64,000 nt of DNA from Dehalococcoidia bacterium (GCA_963422765.1 OY730490.1:2453211-2517210); one strand, 5' to 3'; shown: positions 53,467 to 63,298, numbered from the stretch's first letter. Notes: a model not told the origin generated them from the letters alone. Translations and numbers: made by a program.

Positions 53467-54690
53467 ATCTCCGGGCCAAAGCGTATCCCACGTCACCTCG
53501 AACTCCTCTTGCGGCGCCGTGTACCGGCCTGCCAGCAGGTCCAGGTGACCGGCAGCGGGTAATGGCGCGGGCAACTGCGCCGCAAGACTCGCGGCTTGCT
53601 CAGAGGGGTGGAAGCCCCAGAGTTCCGAATTCCCTGCGCTCTTCCCTTGGGCCATTACCTTGAAATCGCCCAGCCCGCCGGGTTTAGCCAGCTCCCTCAT
53701 CCCAACGCGGCTGGCCTGTGCCTGCCGCAGAGAGCCGACTGGCAGGCGCTGCTCCAGCCTTCCCAGCCCCAAGTTCCGCAGAAAGGCTGCCTGGCTGGTA
53801 TAACCCCAAAAGTCCAGCCCGGCCTGCGCTCCGGTTCTTGCCAGGGTAGTGAAATCTACTTGAGCCGACATATCCTGTTGCCCGATGCGCTCCAAGGGGC
53901 GGTCGGTTTGCAGGTGGCGGTGAAAAGTGGTCAGAGTTCCCCGGAATCGCTCCGCCGCTGAATACAGCTCCGGGGCTGTCTGCCCGTAATCTATGGTCAG
54001 AACAAATCCGCGCTCCAGCGACTGCGCAGCCGCCGCTGTCCATCCGTCCAGAGTCAGGTTGACCTCGGCGGTCTGTCCCTCGGTTAGTTCGATGCTTAGA
54101 CTGTCCAGCCGTTGGGCCAGCAGCGAGGTGCACGGTTCGCCTGTATGGGCTGCAAACCCTTGTCCGTCCAGCGTCACATACACCTCCCGCAACCGCCCTT
54201 GCTCCACCGTTAACTGATGTACGGGCATAGCGTCCAGCAGTTCGTTGGAAAGAATGCAGCCTATCATCCCGCGCAGCGGCAGGTCCCTGGACGCCACCCG
54301 GCTAACGCCCGGCAGCCCGCGCTCGTATCCGATGATGCCGCGGCGGTCGAGGCAAACGTAGCGCAGGTTGCGAGCGAACCCGTCCGGCAGTCCGGCGGCC
54401 GCGGCCAAGATGTCGCGGCACAGCAGCCCATTGCCCGCCCCCGGCTCGGCGACGGTGAATGGAGCGGGCCGCCCCAACAGCTCCCACATCTGGAACAACT
54501 GAACGGCCAGCAATGCGCCGAAAGCCGGATGCGCCGACGGGCTGGTGTAGAAATCGCCCGCCGCCCCGACCCGCTCCCCAGCCGTGTAATAACCGCCATC
54601 AGGATGATACAGGGCCACCTCCATGAACTCGGCGAAGGTGATGGGGCCGTGCGCGGCGATGCGGTGGCGCATTTCGGTTTCGGCATTCAT
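53452..54690 (-). CDS. SAM-dependent methyltransferase, MidA/NDUFAF7 (DUF185) family
   Basis: ITFAEFMEVALYHPDGGYY, DFYTSP and VAEPGAGNGLL. Confidence 0.8.
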   Translation of the reverse strand: MNAETEMRHRIAAHGPITFAEFMEVALYHPDGGYYTAGERVGAAGDFYTSPSAHPAFGALLAVQLFQMWELLGRPAPFTVAEPGAGNGLLCRDILAAAAGLPDGFARNLRYVCLDRRGIIGYERGLPGVSRVASRDLPLRGMIGCILSNELLDAMPVHQLTVEQGRLREVYVTLDGQGFAAHTGEPCTSLLAQRLDSLSIELTEGQTAEVNLTLDGWTAAAAQSLERGFVLTIDYGQTAPELYSAAERFRGTLTTFHRHLQTDRPLERIGQQDMSAQVDFTTLARTGAQAGLDFWGYTSQAAFLRNLGLGRLEQRLPVGSLRQAQASRVGMRELAKPGGLGDFKVMAQGKSAGNSELWGFHPSEQAASLAAQLPAPLPAAGHLDLLAGRYTAPQEEFEVTWDTLWPGDSPCP

Positions 54691-54791
54691 GGCAATGTAG
54701 TGACTTTACACTCTAACAACGGCGAACCGCTATAATTAAGCCAAAGGCAGTGTTCGGCGGTCAGCCGTCACCTCCCGCTAACGAGGTTATC

Positions 54792-55655
54792 ATGACCACG
54801 AAGCCAACCAAATACAAGATGATTCCCTACCGGCGGGAGGGCGAGATTGACTATGCCGCTCTCGACTTCGACCCTCATGAATCGGTGGAAAAGCCAGAGC
54901 CTATGGAACAGCACTTGGAACAATGGGAAATCTTCGGGATCCTCTTCGCACATTTCACCGACTTCAACCGGCGGCCTGACGTCTTCATTGACTTCGATTC
55001 CAACATTTGCTACGACCGCCACAACCTGAACGTCCGCGTTTCTCCGGACATTTATGTGGCTTTCGGGGTTGAGACAGGAGCCATCCGCCCACGCAAGCTG
55101 TATCTGCCTTGGGAAGCGGGCAAGCCGCCGGACTGGGCCTTGGAAATAGCCTCGGAAAGCACTCGGCGAGAGGACGTAAGGCGGAAGCCGGACATCTACG
55201 CCCGAATTGGCGTGTCGGAATACTGGCGCTTCGACCCCACGGGAGGACGCTATTATGGAGAGCCTTTGTATGGAGGGCGGCTGGCAGACGGCGAGTATCA
55301 GTCCATCGAACTGACCACAGAGCCGGACGGCATCCTGAAGGGGTACAGCGAAGTTTTGGAACTCTATTTCTGTTGGCATGACGGATGGCCGAGATTTTAT
55401 GATCCGTCCAGCGGGGCTTACTTGGAGAACTGGCGGCAGGTGTGGCACAGCCGCTCCGAAGCGGAAGCTCGCGCCGCCGAGGAAACCGCCCGCGCAGACG
55501 CTGAAACCACTCGCGCCCGCACCGAAGCCGCCCGCGCAGACGCTGAAGCTACCCGCGCCCGCACCGAAGCCGCCCGCGCAGACGCTGAAGCCGATGCTCG
55601 CGCCCGCGCCGAAGCAGAACTGCGGCTGCTGCGGCAACGGCTAGCCGAGGAGTAA
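54792..55655 (+). CDS. Uma2-family (DUF820) endonuclease-like protein with a repetitive A/R/E-rich tail
   Basis: PDIYVAFGV, PDWALEIASEST and GVSEYWRFDP. The tail has (TRARTEAARADAEA)2 from a 42-nt tandem repeat at 55509-55592. ATG at 54792. Confidence 0.75.
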   Translation: MTTKPTKYKMIPYRREGEIDYAALDFDPHESVEKPEPMEQHLEQWEIFGILFAHFTDFNRRPDVFIDFDSNICYDRHNLNVRVSPDIYVAFGVETGAIRPRKLYLPWEAGKPPDWALEIASESTRREDVRRKPDIYARIGVSEYWRFDPTGGRYYGEPLYGGRLADGEYQSIELTTEPDGILKGYSEVLELYFCWHDGWPRFYDPSSGAYLENWRQVWHSRSEAEARAAEETARADAETTRARTEAARADAEATRARTEAARADAEADARARAEAELRLLRQRLAEE

Positions 55656-55785
55656 AGATACTCAGGCAGCAAGACAAATGCCGACGGGCCGGAAAGTTTC
55701 CAAAACCTATAACTTGGGGAGTGTCAATTCAGATTCTAGAAGCGTTTTGGCGGAACCGGTTTCGGCGCAAACGAAGCGAGATATT

Positions 55786-55826
55786 AAACGGCAAAGGGCG
55801 GGTTCCTAACCCGCCCTTTGCCGTTT
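55786..55826. terminator. Bidirectional hairpin terminator between convergent genes
   Basis: AAACGGCAAAGGGCGGGTT-cct-AACCCGCCCTTTGCCGTTT, with T-rich flanks on both strands. Confidence 0.7.
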
Positions 55827-55850
55827 CTTTGTCCCGCCGGTGTTAAGAAG

Positions 55851-56984
55851 CTACCCCCGCTGCGCTATCGGCACATACTCCAGGTCCATCTGGCCGGTGT
55901 ACTCCAACAGGGGGCGGATGAGGATGTTGTCCTGGTACTGTTCAACGCACTGGAGAGTCCAGCCGGGGATGCGGCCCAAAGCGAAGATGGATATGAACAG
56001 GTCGTCGGGGATGTCCAGCAGGTAATAGATTGCCCCGGCGAAGAAGTCCACGTTGACGCAGATGCCTCGGTCGCGGTATGGCATCATAGTCTTCTGTTCC
56101 AGGTGGGAGAGGATCTGGAACCAGCGCGGCTCGCCCTTCTTCTCGCCCAGCGCCTGGGCGCGGTCGCGCAGGTGCCTGGCCCGGGGGTCTTCGGCGCGGT
56201 AGACCCGGTGTCCGAAGCCCATAATGCGCCCGCCCGACTCCAAGTGATTGCGGGCATACTCTTCCGCGTTTTCCGGGTTGCCGATTTCCAGGGACATCTT
56301 CATCACTTCTTCGGCGGCTCCACCGTGGGCCGGGCCCTTCAGTGTGCCAACACCGGTCACCACCGCCGAGTGTAAATCGGAGATAGTTGAAGCTGTGACC
56401 CGCGCCGCGAAAGCTGAGGCGTTGGCCCCGTGCTCAGCATGGAGGATAAAGTCCACGTCCAGCAGGCCGGTGGTTTCTTCGTCGGGAACCTCTCCAGACA
56501 TCATGTAGAGGAAGTTGCCGGCGTGGTTGAGTTCAGGGTTGGGGGCGATGGGTTCAAGCCCCTGCCGCAGACGGTGGTGCGCCGCCACGATAGTCGGCCC
56601 CTGCGCAGTGAGGCGGATGCCCTTGCGGATGGTGGCCTCAACGGAGTTGTCCGCCACCTCGGCCACGTCATAGCCCGCCAGCGCGGAAATGCCGGTGCGC
56701 AGGGCGTCCATGGGGTGGGCGTCCTTCATCACCTCTAGCACCGTGATGATGCCGTCGGGTATGCGGCGGCTGGCTCGAAGCTCGACATCGAAGTCGGCCA
56801 GTTGCTGACTGCTAGGCAGGCTGCCATATAGCAACAGGTAGACGACTTCCTCGAAGGTGGACTTTTCGGCCAGGTCGTGGATGTTGTAGCCGCGATAAAG
56901 CAGCTTCCCCTCCTGGCCGTCAATAAAGCTGGACTCAGTGGTGTCCAGGTAGACATCCTTGAGCCCCTTCACTATCTCGGGCAT
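55851..56984 (-). CDS. gltA: Citrate synthase (type I, small) / 2-methylcitrate synthase family
   Basis: LLYRGYNIHDLA, HAEHGANAS and GFGHRVYR..DPR are catalytic His/Asp contexts. Confidence 0.9.
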   Translation of the reverse strand: MPEIVKGLKDVYLDTTESSFIDGQEGKLLYRGYNIHDLAEKSTFEEVVYLLLYGSLPSSQQLADFDVELRASRRIPDGIITVLEVMKDAHPMDALRTGISALAGYDVAEVADNSVEATIRKGIRLTAQGPTIVAAHHRLRQGLEPIAPNPELNHAGNFLYMMSGEVPDEETTGLLDVDFILHAEHGANASAFAARVTASTISDLHSAVVTGVGTLKGPAHGGAAEEVMKMSLEIGNPENAEEYARNHLESGGRIMGFGHRVYRAEDPRARHLRDRAQALGEKKGEPRWFQILSHLEQKTMMPYRDRGICVNVDFFAGAIYYLLDIPDDLFISIFALGRIPGWTLQCVEQYQDNILIRPLLEYTGQMDLEYVPIAQRG

Positions 56985-57314
56985 GGCCTATACTCCTTGC
57001 GGATTTGCGGCGGGTTTGCGCAGACCTTCGGCTAGTCAGGACGAGCTGCACAACGTTCCTAAACTGCCGACAGCGCACTTCCGCCGCTTCGTTCTTCTGT
57101 AGCGCTCAAGGTCGCGCGAGCCGGAGGCGATGGTGGACTGAAAGCAACGCAAGACCACCCCATTGGGCAAGGCCATTCGGCAAGCTGAGGACGGCTGCGG
57201 AACTGCCAAAAGTCTAGCATTCGCCTCAATCGAATGTCAACCTGAACGGGGTTATGCCATTCTCAATATCCACAGGCAATGCCTTCATCGCTGCCCTTTG
57301 TCCTGCCATTTCCG

Positions 57315-57416
57315 CTTTCACAGAAATGACAGATTCTTGTAATCCCAAACGAGACGACCCACAATCGGCTGCCGTCGAAACTTTCACAGAAATGACAGAT
57401 TCTTGTAATCCCAAAC
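57315..57416. CRISPR. Orphan mini-CRISPR-like unit: two identical 36-nt repeats and one 30-nt spacer
   Basis: CTTTCACAGAAATGACAGATTCTTGTAATCCCAAAC occurs at 57315-57350 and 57381-57416. The reverse complement starts GTTT and ends GAAAG. The repeat is AT-rich relative to its surroundings. No third repeat and no cas gene are in the window. Confidence 0.4.
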
Positions 57417-57480
57417 CGGCAAATGAAAAGCCCTGATGCCCTTAAGAATCTTGCAAGACTCCCTGCCCCAAAAGGCTATA

Positions 57481-57521
57481 GCGAAAGAGGCGGCTATCGC
57501 CCTGATAGCCGCCTCTTTCGC
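57481..57521. terminator. 18-bp perfect stem-loop
   Basis: GCGAAAGAGGCGGCTATC-gccct-GATAGCCGCCTCTTTCGC, downstream of the minus-strand gene ending at 57677. Confidence 0.45.
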
Positions 57522-57574
57522 CCAGCAATTACGCTCAGAGAGCGCCGGATTGCCGTGATTCGTGATTAAAGAAA

Positions 57575-57599
57575 AGGCCCCGGCATCTGGCCGGGGCCT
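57575..57599 (-). terminator. Rho-independent terminator of the 57677..58684 gene
   Basis: On the minus strand, AGGCCCCGG-loop-CCGGGGCCT is followed by TTTTCTTTAAT. Confidence 0.65.
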
Positions 57600-57676
57600 C
57601 ATACTCGCATGGGGGCGCGACATGGGCCACGTTTACGATTCGCCTCGCTCCGGCGTTCCCACCTAGGCCGGGGCCG

Positions 57677-58684
57677 TCACTGAACCCGCGTTATTCGCAC
57701 TGCGAAGTTTTCGACATCGGGCGCAAAGTCGCGCGCTTCGTTTATGACGCCGGTCAGCGCCCACGCCGCAGCGCTGGCCGTCCACTCGGGCATCGAAACC
57801 GGCACGCCAAGCCCCGAGGGTTCAAGGATAATGTTAGGCCATGGCGTGGCGGAGGCCCCCTTAGCCTTGTGCCGTTCCGTCACGGCCACCGGCGAGCCGA
57901 ACTCGAACACAGTGCGCCGGAGGCTGGCCGCCAGCTCTGCCTCAGTATGGCCCCCGAGAAACCCGCGGTCGAAGGCGATGAGCGCATCCGCTCCCGACTG
58001 TGAAGGAACATCAAACCAATCGTCCCCAGAAAAGCGATGCCTGGCGGAGGATTGGCCGCGGGGCCGGTAGTGTGCGCCGTAGCAGGTTAGCTGGAACCCA
58101 GACACCTCGACAGCCCCAATGCGGCGGAGCGCGTCATCCAAGCACTGAACCAGCGGCGTCAGCGCTACACACAATTCGACCGTTGCTTCGTTGTATCCTG
58201 GCGGCATCGGAATCGTGGCCCAACCCCCTCTGTCTCCCGCTGGAAGTGTCTCACGCAGATCCCTCAACTCTTGCTCCGGGAGACGCGGCGCCGTCCTGAA
58301 CTCCGGCATTGCCTTCATCAGGTCTATCGGGTTCGCCAGCCCGACGTGCACCCAGCCAATCAGGGATGGATCGTCCTCGCTGTCGGTCAACCCCGCCTCG
58401 AACATATTCCAGAGCGGCGGGTGCAGCGGGGGGTTGTCGTAGGTGGCCCAACCCATCAATTCAGCGCGTGCCTCGAAGATGCGGTGCAGGATGCCTGTCT
58501 GCACCGCGCCCTTGGACGGGTCTATCCATTCGCGCCGTTCCCGTTCCCTCTCCGACTCGATTTGGTCTGTGGCTGAGAGATGCCCGAATGCCTCAAGAAT
58601 GAGTATTGGCGTCATAATGGATGCGCCCTCCGCTGGATGCTCCGCAGATTCCCTTTTCCCGCTAGTCAATGATCTGGACGGCAT
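57677..58684 (-). CDS. Hypothetical protein
   Basis: 335-aa ORF with coding-like composition and its own terminator. I recognise no family. An alternative start is MTPILIL at 58615. Confidence 0.5.
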   Translation of the reverse strand: MPSRSLTSGKRESAEHPAEGASIMTPILILEAFGHLSATDQIESERERERREWIDPSKGAVQTGILHRIFEARAELMGWATYDNPPLHPPLWNMFEAGLTDSEDDPSLIGWVHVGLANPIDLMKAMPEFRTAPRLPEQELRDLRETLPAGDRGGWATIPMPPGYNEATVELCVALTPLVQCLDDALRRIGAVEVSGFQLTCYGAHYRPRGQSSARHRFSGDDWFDVPSQSGADALIAFDRGFLGGHTEAELAASLRRTVFEFGSPVAVTERHKAKGASATPWPNIILEPSGLGVPVSMPEWTASAAAWALTGVINEARDFAPDVENFAVRITRVQ

Positions 58685-59127
58685 GGAAGTTGGTGGCGAA
58701 CCGCTGGACGATCCGCAGGTTCCCGGCTAGTCGTCAATAGGTCGGCAAGCGACATCGGCGGTGACCTGGTATAAGTCGGGCCAGTCCGCCATACCAACAA
58801 GATCAACATCGACCGCGTTCAGATACATGGTCATCTTGCCAGTATCGCACAATTCCCTCGCGTTCGCCCTGTCACCGCCGCGCTTGAGAAAATTGCGAAA
58901 CGATGCCGTTACCCGGTTACAGGCCGGCGGGGGCGTCCCAACAAAGTATTTCGAAGGAGCCGCCGGGTTAGAGGGCGGTGCACATTTTTTGATTCTCCGG
59001 CCATTTCCGGCCATTTTGTCCGTTTGGCCTGGGCGGGCCGGCGGCGCGGTTATGGCGCTATGGTGAAATTGGTTCGGTGGTAAGGTTATGGTAGGGAGTT
59101 GTTATCAGGGTTGGCAAGGGAGAGGTG

Positions 59128-59735
59128 TCAGTGGCGTGGTTTATTTACACGGATGGACAGGATTTTCAGGTGTGAGAGGGAGGTCAGAATAGTTTCGCAA
59201 TTTTGGCCGCGCTTGTTCTTAGCTTTGACCCGTTTTTTATCTGTGTCGAGAGTCCACCAGGTGCAGTCAATGGCGGGAATCCAGCACCAGTAGCCGTAGA
59301 GCGAGACGGTTACGTCGGCAAGGACCGGGCACGGGTCGTCCGGTTTGGAGTCGTCAATCCACCAGCCGTGGGCCGACACGTAGACCTGTGGCTGGCTGGA
59401 CTTGTGCGGCCAATCGCCCTTGGTTCTTGGTTCGCCCTTGGTATGGAAGTCGCATCCGAAGAGCGCCGCCTGCGTGTTGCCCGGCGTTGGTCATTCCTCG
59501 CCGTTGTTTAGGTAAGCCTCCCGGTGCTCCGAGGTCATGTCTGCCGACGAAGCCCATGTGCCGGGGCAGTTGTCCCGGTCTGCTTCAAGCTGTTCTGGGG
59601 TACAAAACTTGATGCCCTCTTCTCGCCGCCCGGGGGCGCGTCCGAGAGTGCTACTCCAGAGAACAGGAGCAGAGCCATCACGACGATAACCACCAGAAAT
59701 GTGAACTTCGTCTTCATTGAGGCGCCTCCTTCCAA
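59128..59735 (-). pseudogene. Disrupted small secreted-protein gene(s): signal peptide, frameshift and in-frame TGA
   Basis: A clear signal peptide MKTKFTFLVVIVVMALLLFSGVAL sits in one frame (from 59717). Coding-looking sequence continues in another frame (EEGIKFCTPEQLEADRDNCPGTW..) to the TGA at 59491-59493. That TGA is in frame with ORF 59128..59379. Confidence 0.35.
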
Positions 59736-60060
59736 TTAGATTAGGGTTAGTATCACAATAAGAAATAGTAACTGTCAACATTATGAATATAATCACATTG
59801 TTGTTCTTGCCAATCAGGGCGCGGCCTGCGACTGGCCGACGCAATCTGAGCGAGGGCCGTTTCATAAGAGCAGGAGGCGAGAGCAGGAGGCGCTGTGTTT
59901 TGTGAATGTTCGATACCCGGCGGCCGGATCGGCGGGCCGATTGCCGTTCACCCTGTTTTTGCGAGTCTGCGATGGATTTCGGACACGCTATTTCGTATAC
60001 TGCTGCAAAAGGGCGCGCTTTCCCCTATTCACAAGAAAATCAGTTGCGGGAGGCATTGCT

Positions 60061-61031
60061 ATGGGAAAGGACTATAGCATCTGCGTGGGAGCCGTCGGCT
60101 TCGGCGGTGGAGTGTGGCACAGTCCCGACGGCGGGGACAACTGGAACCGTATCAGGGATCCCTTCCCATTGGGTAGTCAGGTAAGGGGGATGGCCGTCTA
60201 CCCCGATAACCCCAACCGAATCCTGGCCGGCTCGGACTACGGCATCTACCGCAGCGAGGATAGCGGGGCCACTTGGGAAAAGCTGTGGTCTCCCATGGAA
60301 GGGGCTCCAATCTGGTCAATCGCCATTGACCCGCAGAACACCGATAACATCTTTGTGGGAATCAAGCCCGCGGCCCTTTTCCGTTCTCAGGACGGCGGAC
60401 AGAGTTGGGCCAAGCTGCCGGTGCAGATGGCGCAGGAATGCCACATCGGCCCACCGATGGTTACAATGCTGATGGTGGATCCTCAGGACAGCCGCACCGT
60501 GTGGGCCGGGGTCGAAGTGGATGGCGTCTACCGCAGTCTGGACGGCGGTGACACCTGGACGCACGTCCAGGGCGGGGTGCATCCCGACATCCACGGCATG
60601 GCCATCAGCCCCGGCGCTTCCAACAAGGTACTGGCCGGCACTCCCCGGGAAATCTACGCCACCACCGATATGGGCGAAAGCTGGCAGTCTGTGACGACCA
60701 CCGACAAATTTGTCTGCCCTACAGCCGGGGCATCGTATTCAAACCCGATGATCCCAACGTGCTTTTCGCCGCCGTCGGCGACACCGCCATCGGGAGTATT
60801 GGCGCCATCCAACGCTCCATGGACGCCGGAGAGACTTGGGATGCGCGCCCCCTGCCGGTGGAGCCAAACTCCAACATCTGGTCCATCGTCACACACCCGG
60901 CTGACCCGGATTTCGTCCTCGCGTCCAGCCTCCTGGGCGAGGTCTACCGGAGCGCCGACGCCGGGGACTCGTGGGAGAAGCTGAAGCGGGAGTTCAGCGA
61001 GATAGGGGCGATGGTCTGGGTTCCCAACTAG
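60061..61031 (+). pseudogene. BNR/Ycf48-like beta-propeller protein split by a frameshift near 60700-60720
   Basis: Repeated S/T-x-D-x-G-x-T/S-W motifs (SPDGGDNW, SEDSGATW, SQDGGQSW, SLDGGDTW, TTDMGESW) continue in a second frame (SMDAGETW, SADAGDSW; ORF 60759..61031). ATG at 60061 follows GGGAGG. Confidence 0.6.
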
Positions 61032-61053
61032 CCGTTCACGGATAATCTGTGCA

Positions 61054-61136
61054 ACGGTGACTCACAAAAACGGTGACTCACAAAAGTCAACCCCCACGCT
61101 GAACTCGGCGAGGTCTTACAACGGTGACTCACAAAA
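61054..61136. repeat. 16-nt repeat: two tandem copies plus a third 35 nt downstream
   Basis: ACGGTGACTCACAAAA occurs at 61054, 61070 and 61121. The third copy contains the tracked GTG start of the next gene. Confidence 0.9.
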
Positions 61137-62593
61137 GAGGAGCAGCTTCCAGCGTGATTGACGAAACTCTATCCACCATACTTGCGATTCCCGGCTGGGA
61201 TGCGCGCCGCGCCGCCGGTGTCGAAATTGTGTCTGTGCGCTCAGGCCGCTCGGGATTGGGCGGCGCCGACCCCATCCTTCCCACCCCCTTCCGCATCGGG
61301 GAGACCGCCGCAGCCAGTCTGGCCGCCGTTGGCCTCGCCGCCTCGGATCTCTGGGAACTTCGCACCGGGCGCCGTCAGGAAGTCAAGGTGGACGCCCGGC
61401 AGGCCACCGCTTCCCTGCGCAGCGGCAAGTACCTGGAAATGGACGGGACACCCGTTGCCGCCGAGCGGACTCCGGTGATGGGCGTGTATCCGGCCAAGAA
61501 CGGGCGCTGGAGCTACCTTCACTGCAATTTCCCCAACCACCGGGACGCAGCCCTCGGCGTGCTGGGCGTCGAGGAAGATCGGGAGGCGGTGCGCCGGGCC
61601 GTGGCGCAGTGGGATGCTCTGGAGCTGGAGGAGGCCATCATAGCCGCCAAGGGAGCCGGGGGGATGGTTCGCTCTATGACTGAATGGGCGCAGCATCCCC
61701 AGTCTGCTGCCGTTGCGTCTCTGCCTCTACTGGAAATAGAGAAGATTGGCGAGAGCCCACCGGAACCAATGCCGGAAGGCCCCAGGCCATTGTCGGGGAT
61801 AAGGGCGCTGGACCTCACCAGAGTGCTGGCCGGGCCATCCTGCGCCCGCACTCTGGCGGAACACGGGGCGGACGTGTTGAAAATCAGCGGGCCGCACTTG
61901 CCCTTCAGCCCGTCGCAGGAACTGGACACCGGCCACGGCAAGCTCTCCGCGCATCTTGATTTGCGGCTGGACAAGGATGTGGAGATTCTTCGGGGGCTGG
62001 CGCGCGAGGGGGACGTATTCTCGCAAGGCTATCGTCCTGGGACGCTGGCGCAACGGGGCCTTTCGCCTCAAGACCTAGCCAAGCTGCGGCCGGGCATCGT
62101 CTACGTTTCGCTCTCCGCCTTTGGCCGCGTGGGGCCGTGGGCTGAGCGGCGCGGCTTCGATACTGTGGTGCAGACCGTCAGCGGCATAACTCATCGCCAG
62201 GGCGAACTGTTCCCCGGCGCGGAGCCGGGGCCGCAGTTCTACCCGGTGTCAGCCATTGACTACCTGACCGGCTACCTGATGGCCTTCGGCGCAATGGTGG
62301 CCTTGGCCCGGCGAGTGCAGGAAGGGGGCAGTTGGCTGGTTCGGGCATCGCTGGCGCAGACCGGCCGCTGGCTGGTGGAGCGGGGTCAAGCGCCGGAATC
62401 GGATTTGCGAGATGTGCCAGAGGAGTTCACTGCTGACGAAATAATGCGCTGGTCTACGAAGAGCGACGTTCCTGGCGGACGGCTGCGTCATCTTGCGCCG
62501 GTGGTGCAACTTTCGGAGACTGCGCCATACTGGGCCCGGCCCACGGCGCCGCTGGGCTACCACGAGCCGGTATGGCCGAAGCGGGCGGCTTAG
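61124..62593 (+). CDS. Family III CoA-transferase (CaiB/BaiF)
   Basis: LSGIRALDLTRVLAGPSCARTLAEHGADVLKI and the DVFSQGYRPG..RGL block. The start is uncertain: GTG at 61124, or GTG at about 61154 after GAGGAG. Confidence 0.85.
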   Translation: MTHKRGAASSVIDETLSTILAIPGWDARRAAGVEIVSVRSGRSGLGGADPILPTPFRIGETAAASLAAVGLAASDLWELRTGRRQEVKVDARQATASLRSGKYLEMDGTPVAAERTPVMGVYPAKNGRWSYLHCNFPNHRDAALGVLGVEEDREAVRRAVAQWDALELEEAIIAAKGAGGMVRSMTEWAQHPQSAAVASLPLLEIEKIGESPPEPMPEGPRPLSGIRALDLTRVLAGPSCARTLAEHGADVLKISGPHLPFSPSQELDTGHGKLSAHLDLRLDKDVEILRGLAREGDVFSQGYRPGTLAQRGLSPQDLAKLRPGIVYVSLSAFGRVGPWAERRGFDTVVQTVSGITHRQGELFPGAEPGPQFYPVSAIDYLTGYLMAFGAMVALARRVQEGGSWLVRASLAQTGRWLVERGQAPESDLRDVPEEFTADEIMRWSTKSDVPGGRLRHLAPVVQLSETAPYWARPTAPLGYHEPVWPKRAA

Positions 62594-62737
62594 TAGCCAT
62601 ACACCAAAGTCGGCTCAACATTGTCTGGGGCAATCGCTTTTCGGTTGAGACCGGCCGGGAGTATTAGCAAGGGAGTATGGAACCCGCTTGTCCTTCGGCA
62701 ATCTCAAGACAAGCGGGTCTCGCGCTCTTCGTTGGCG

Positions 62738-63082
62738 CTATTCGTCCAAATGGATGGTGGCGACGACCCTGGGGACATCACCCACCACGCGGGTGGTGTG
62801 TCCGCGCCCGGTCAAGTCCTCAGCCAGATTTACGTCTCCGGGGCCAAGGCGATGTACCGTTCCGTCCCCTAGCCCGATTTCCGCCTCACCGGAGAGGGTG
62901 ATAAGGTACTGCCTCCGGGGGGCCACGTGCCAGTCACTGAAAAACCCCGGCGGCAAAGCCCGAAACACGATTCCCTTGGCATTGTGCAACTCGGTCCAGG
63001 CGGGGTGAGCGGACGGGTCTATCACTTCAATGTGGGATTCTCCGTCTTCGCCGGAATACAGCCTTATGGATGCCATAAGCAC
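62738..63082 (-). CDS. Small cupin-domain protein
   Basis: 114 aa with a WHVAPRRQYLITLSGEAEIGLGDG beta-barrel pattern. Confidence 0.6.
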   Translation of the reverse strand: MLMASIRLYSGEDGESHIEVIDPSAHPAWTELHNAKGIVFRALPPGFFSDWHVAPRRQYLITLSGEAEIGLGDGTVHRLGPGDVNLAEDLTGRGHTTRVVGDVPRVVATIHLDE

Positions 63083-63233
63083 TCCTTCTTTCTTATATTG
63101 GGATAGCAGAGGGGATTTTAACCTACATCAGGTGACAATTGCCTGGGATTCGCGAGAAACGGCCAGGTCAATGGCGTTTTAACTTCTCCGCGCCGGGCAA
63201 ATTGCTGCCGACGGAACTCCCCGTCATTCCGGA

Positions 63234-63298
63234 GAAGCGCGAATCACAGGGGAAGCGCGAATCACAAGAGAAGCGCGAATCACAAGGGAAGCGTAAGG
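63234..63298. repeat. 18-nt tandem repeat, about 3.5 copies
   Basis: The GAAGCGCGAATCACA core starts at 63234, 63252 and 63270, with a partial fourth copy, in a noncoding gap. Confidence 0.9.

Noticed and set aside
59491-59493. The in-frame TGA as a second selenocysteine codon.
   Set aside because: There is no Cys-x-x-U or other redox context, no obvious downstream hairpin, and the same gene region also needs a frameshift. A pseudogene or sequencing error is more parsimonious. It is kept only as a low-priority check.
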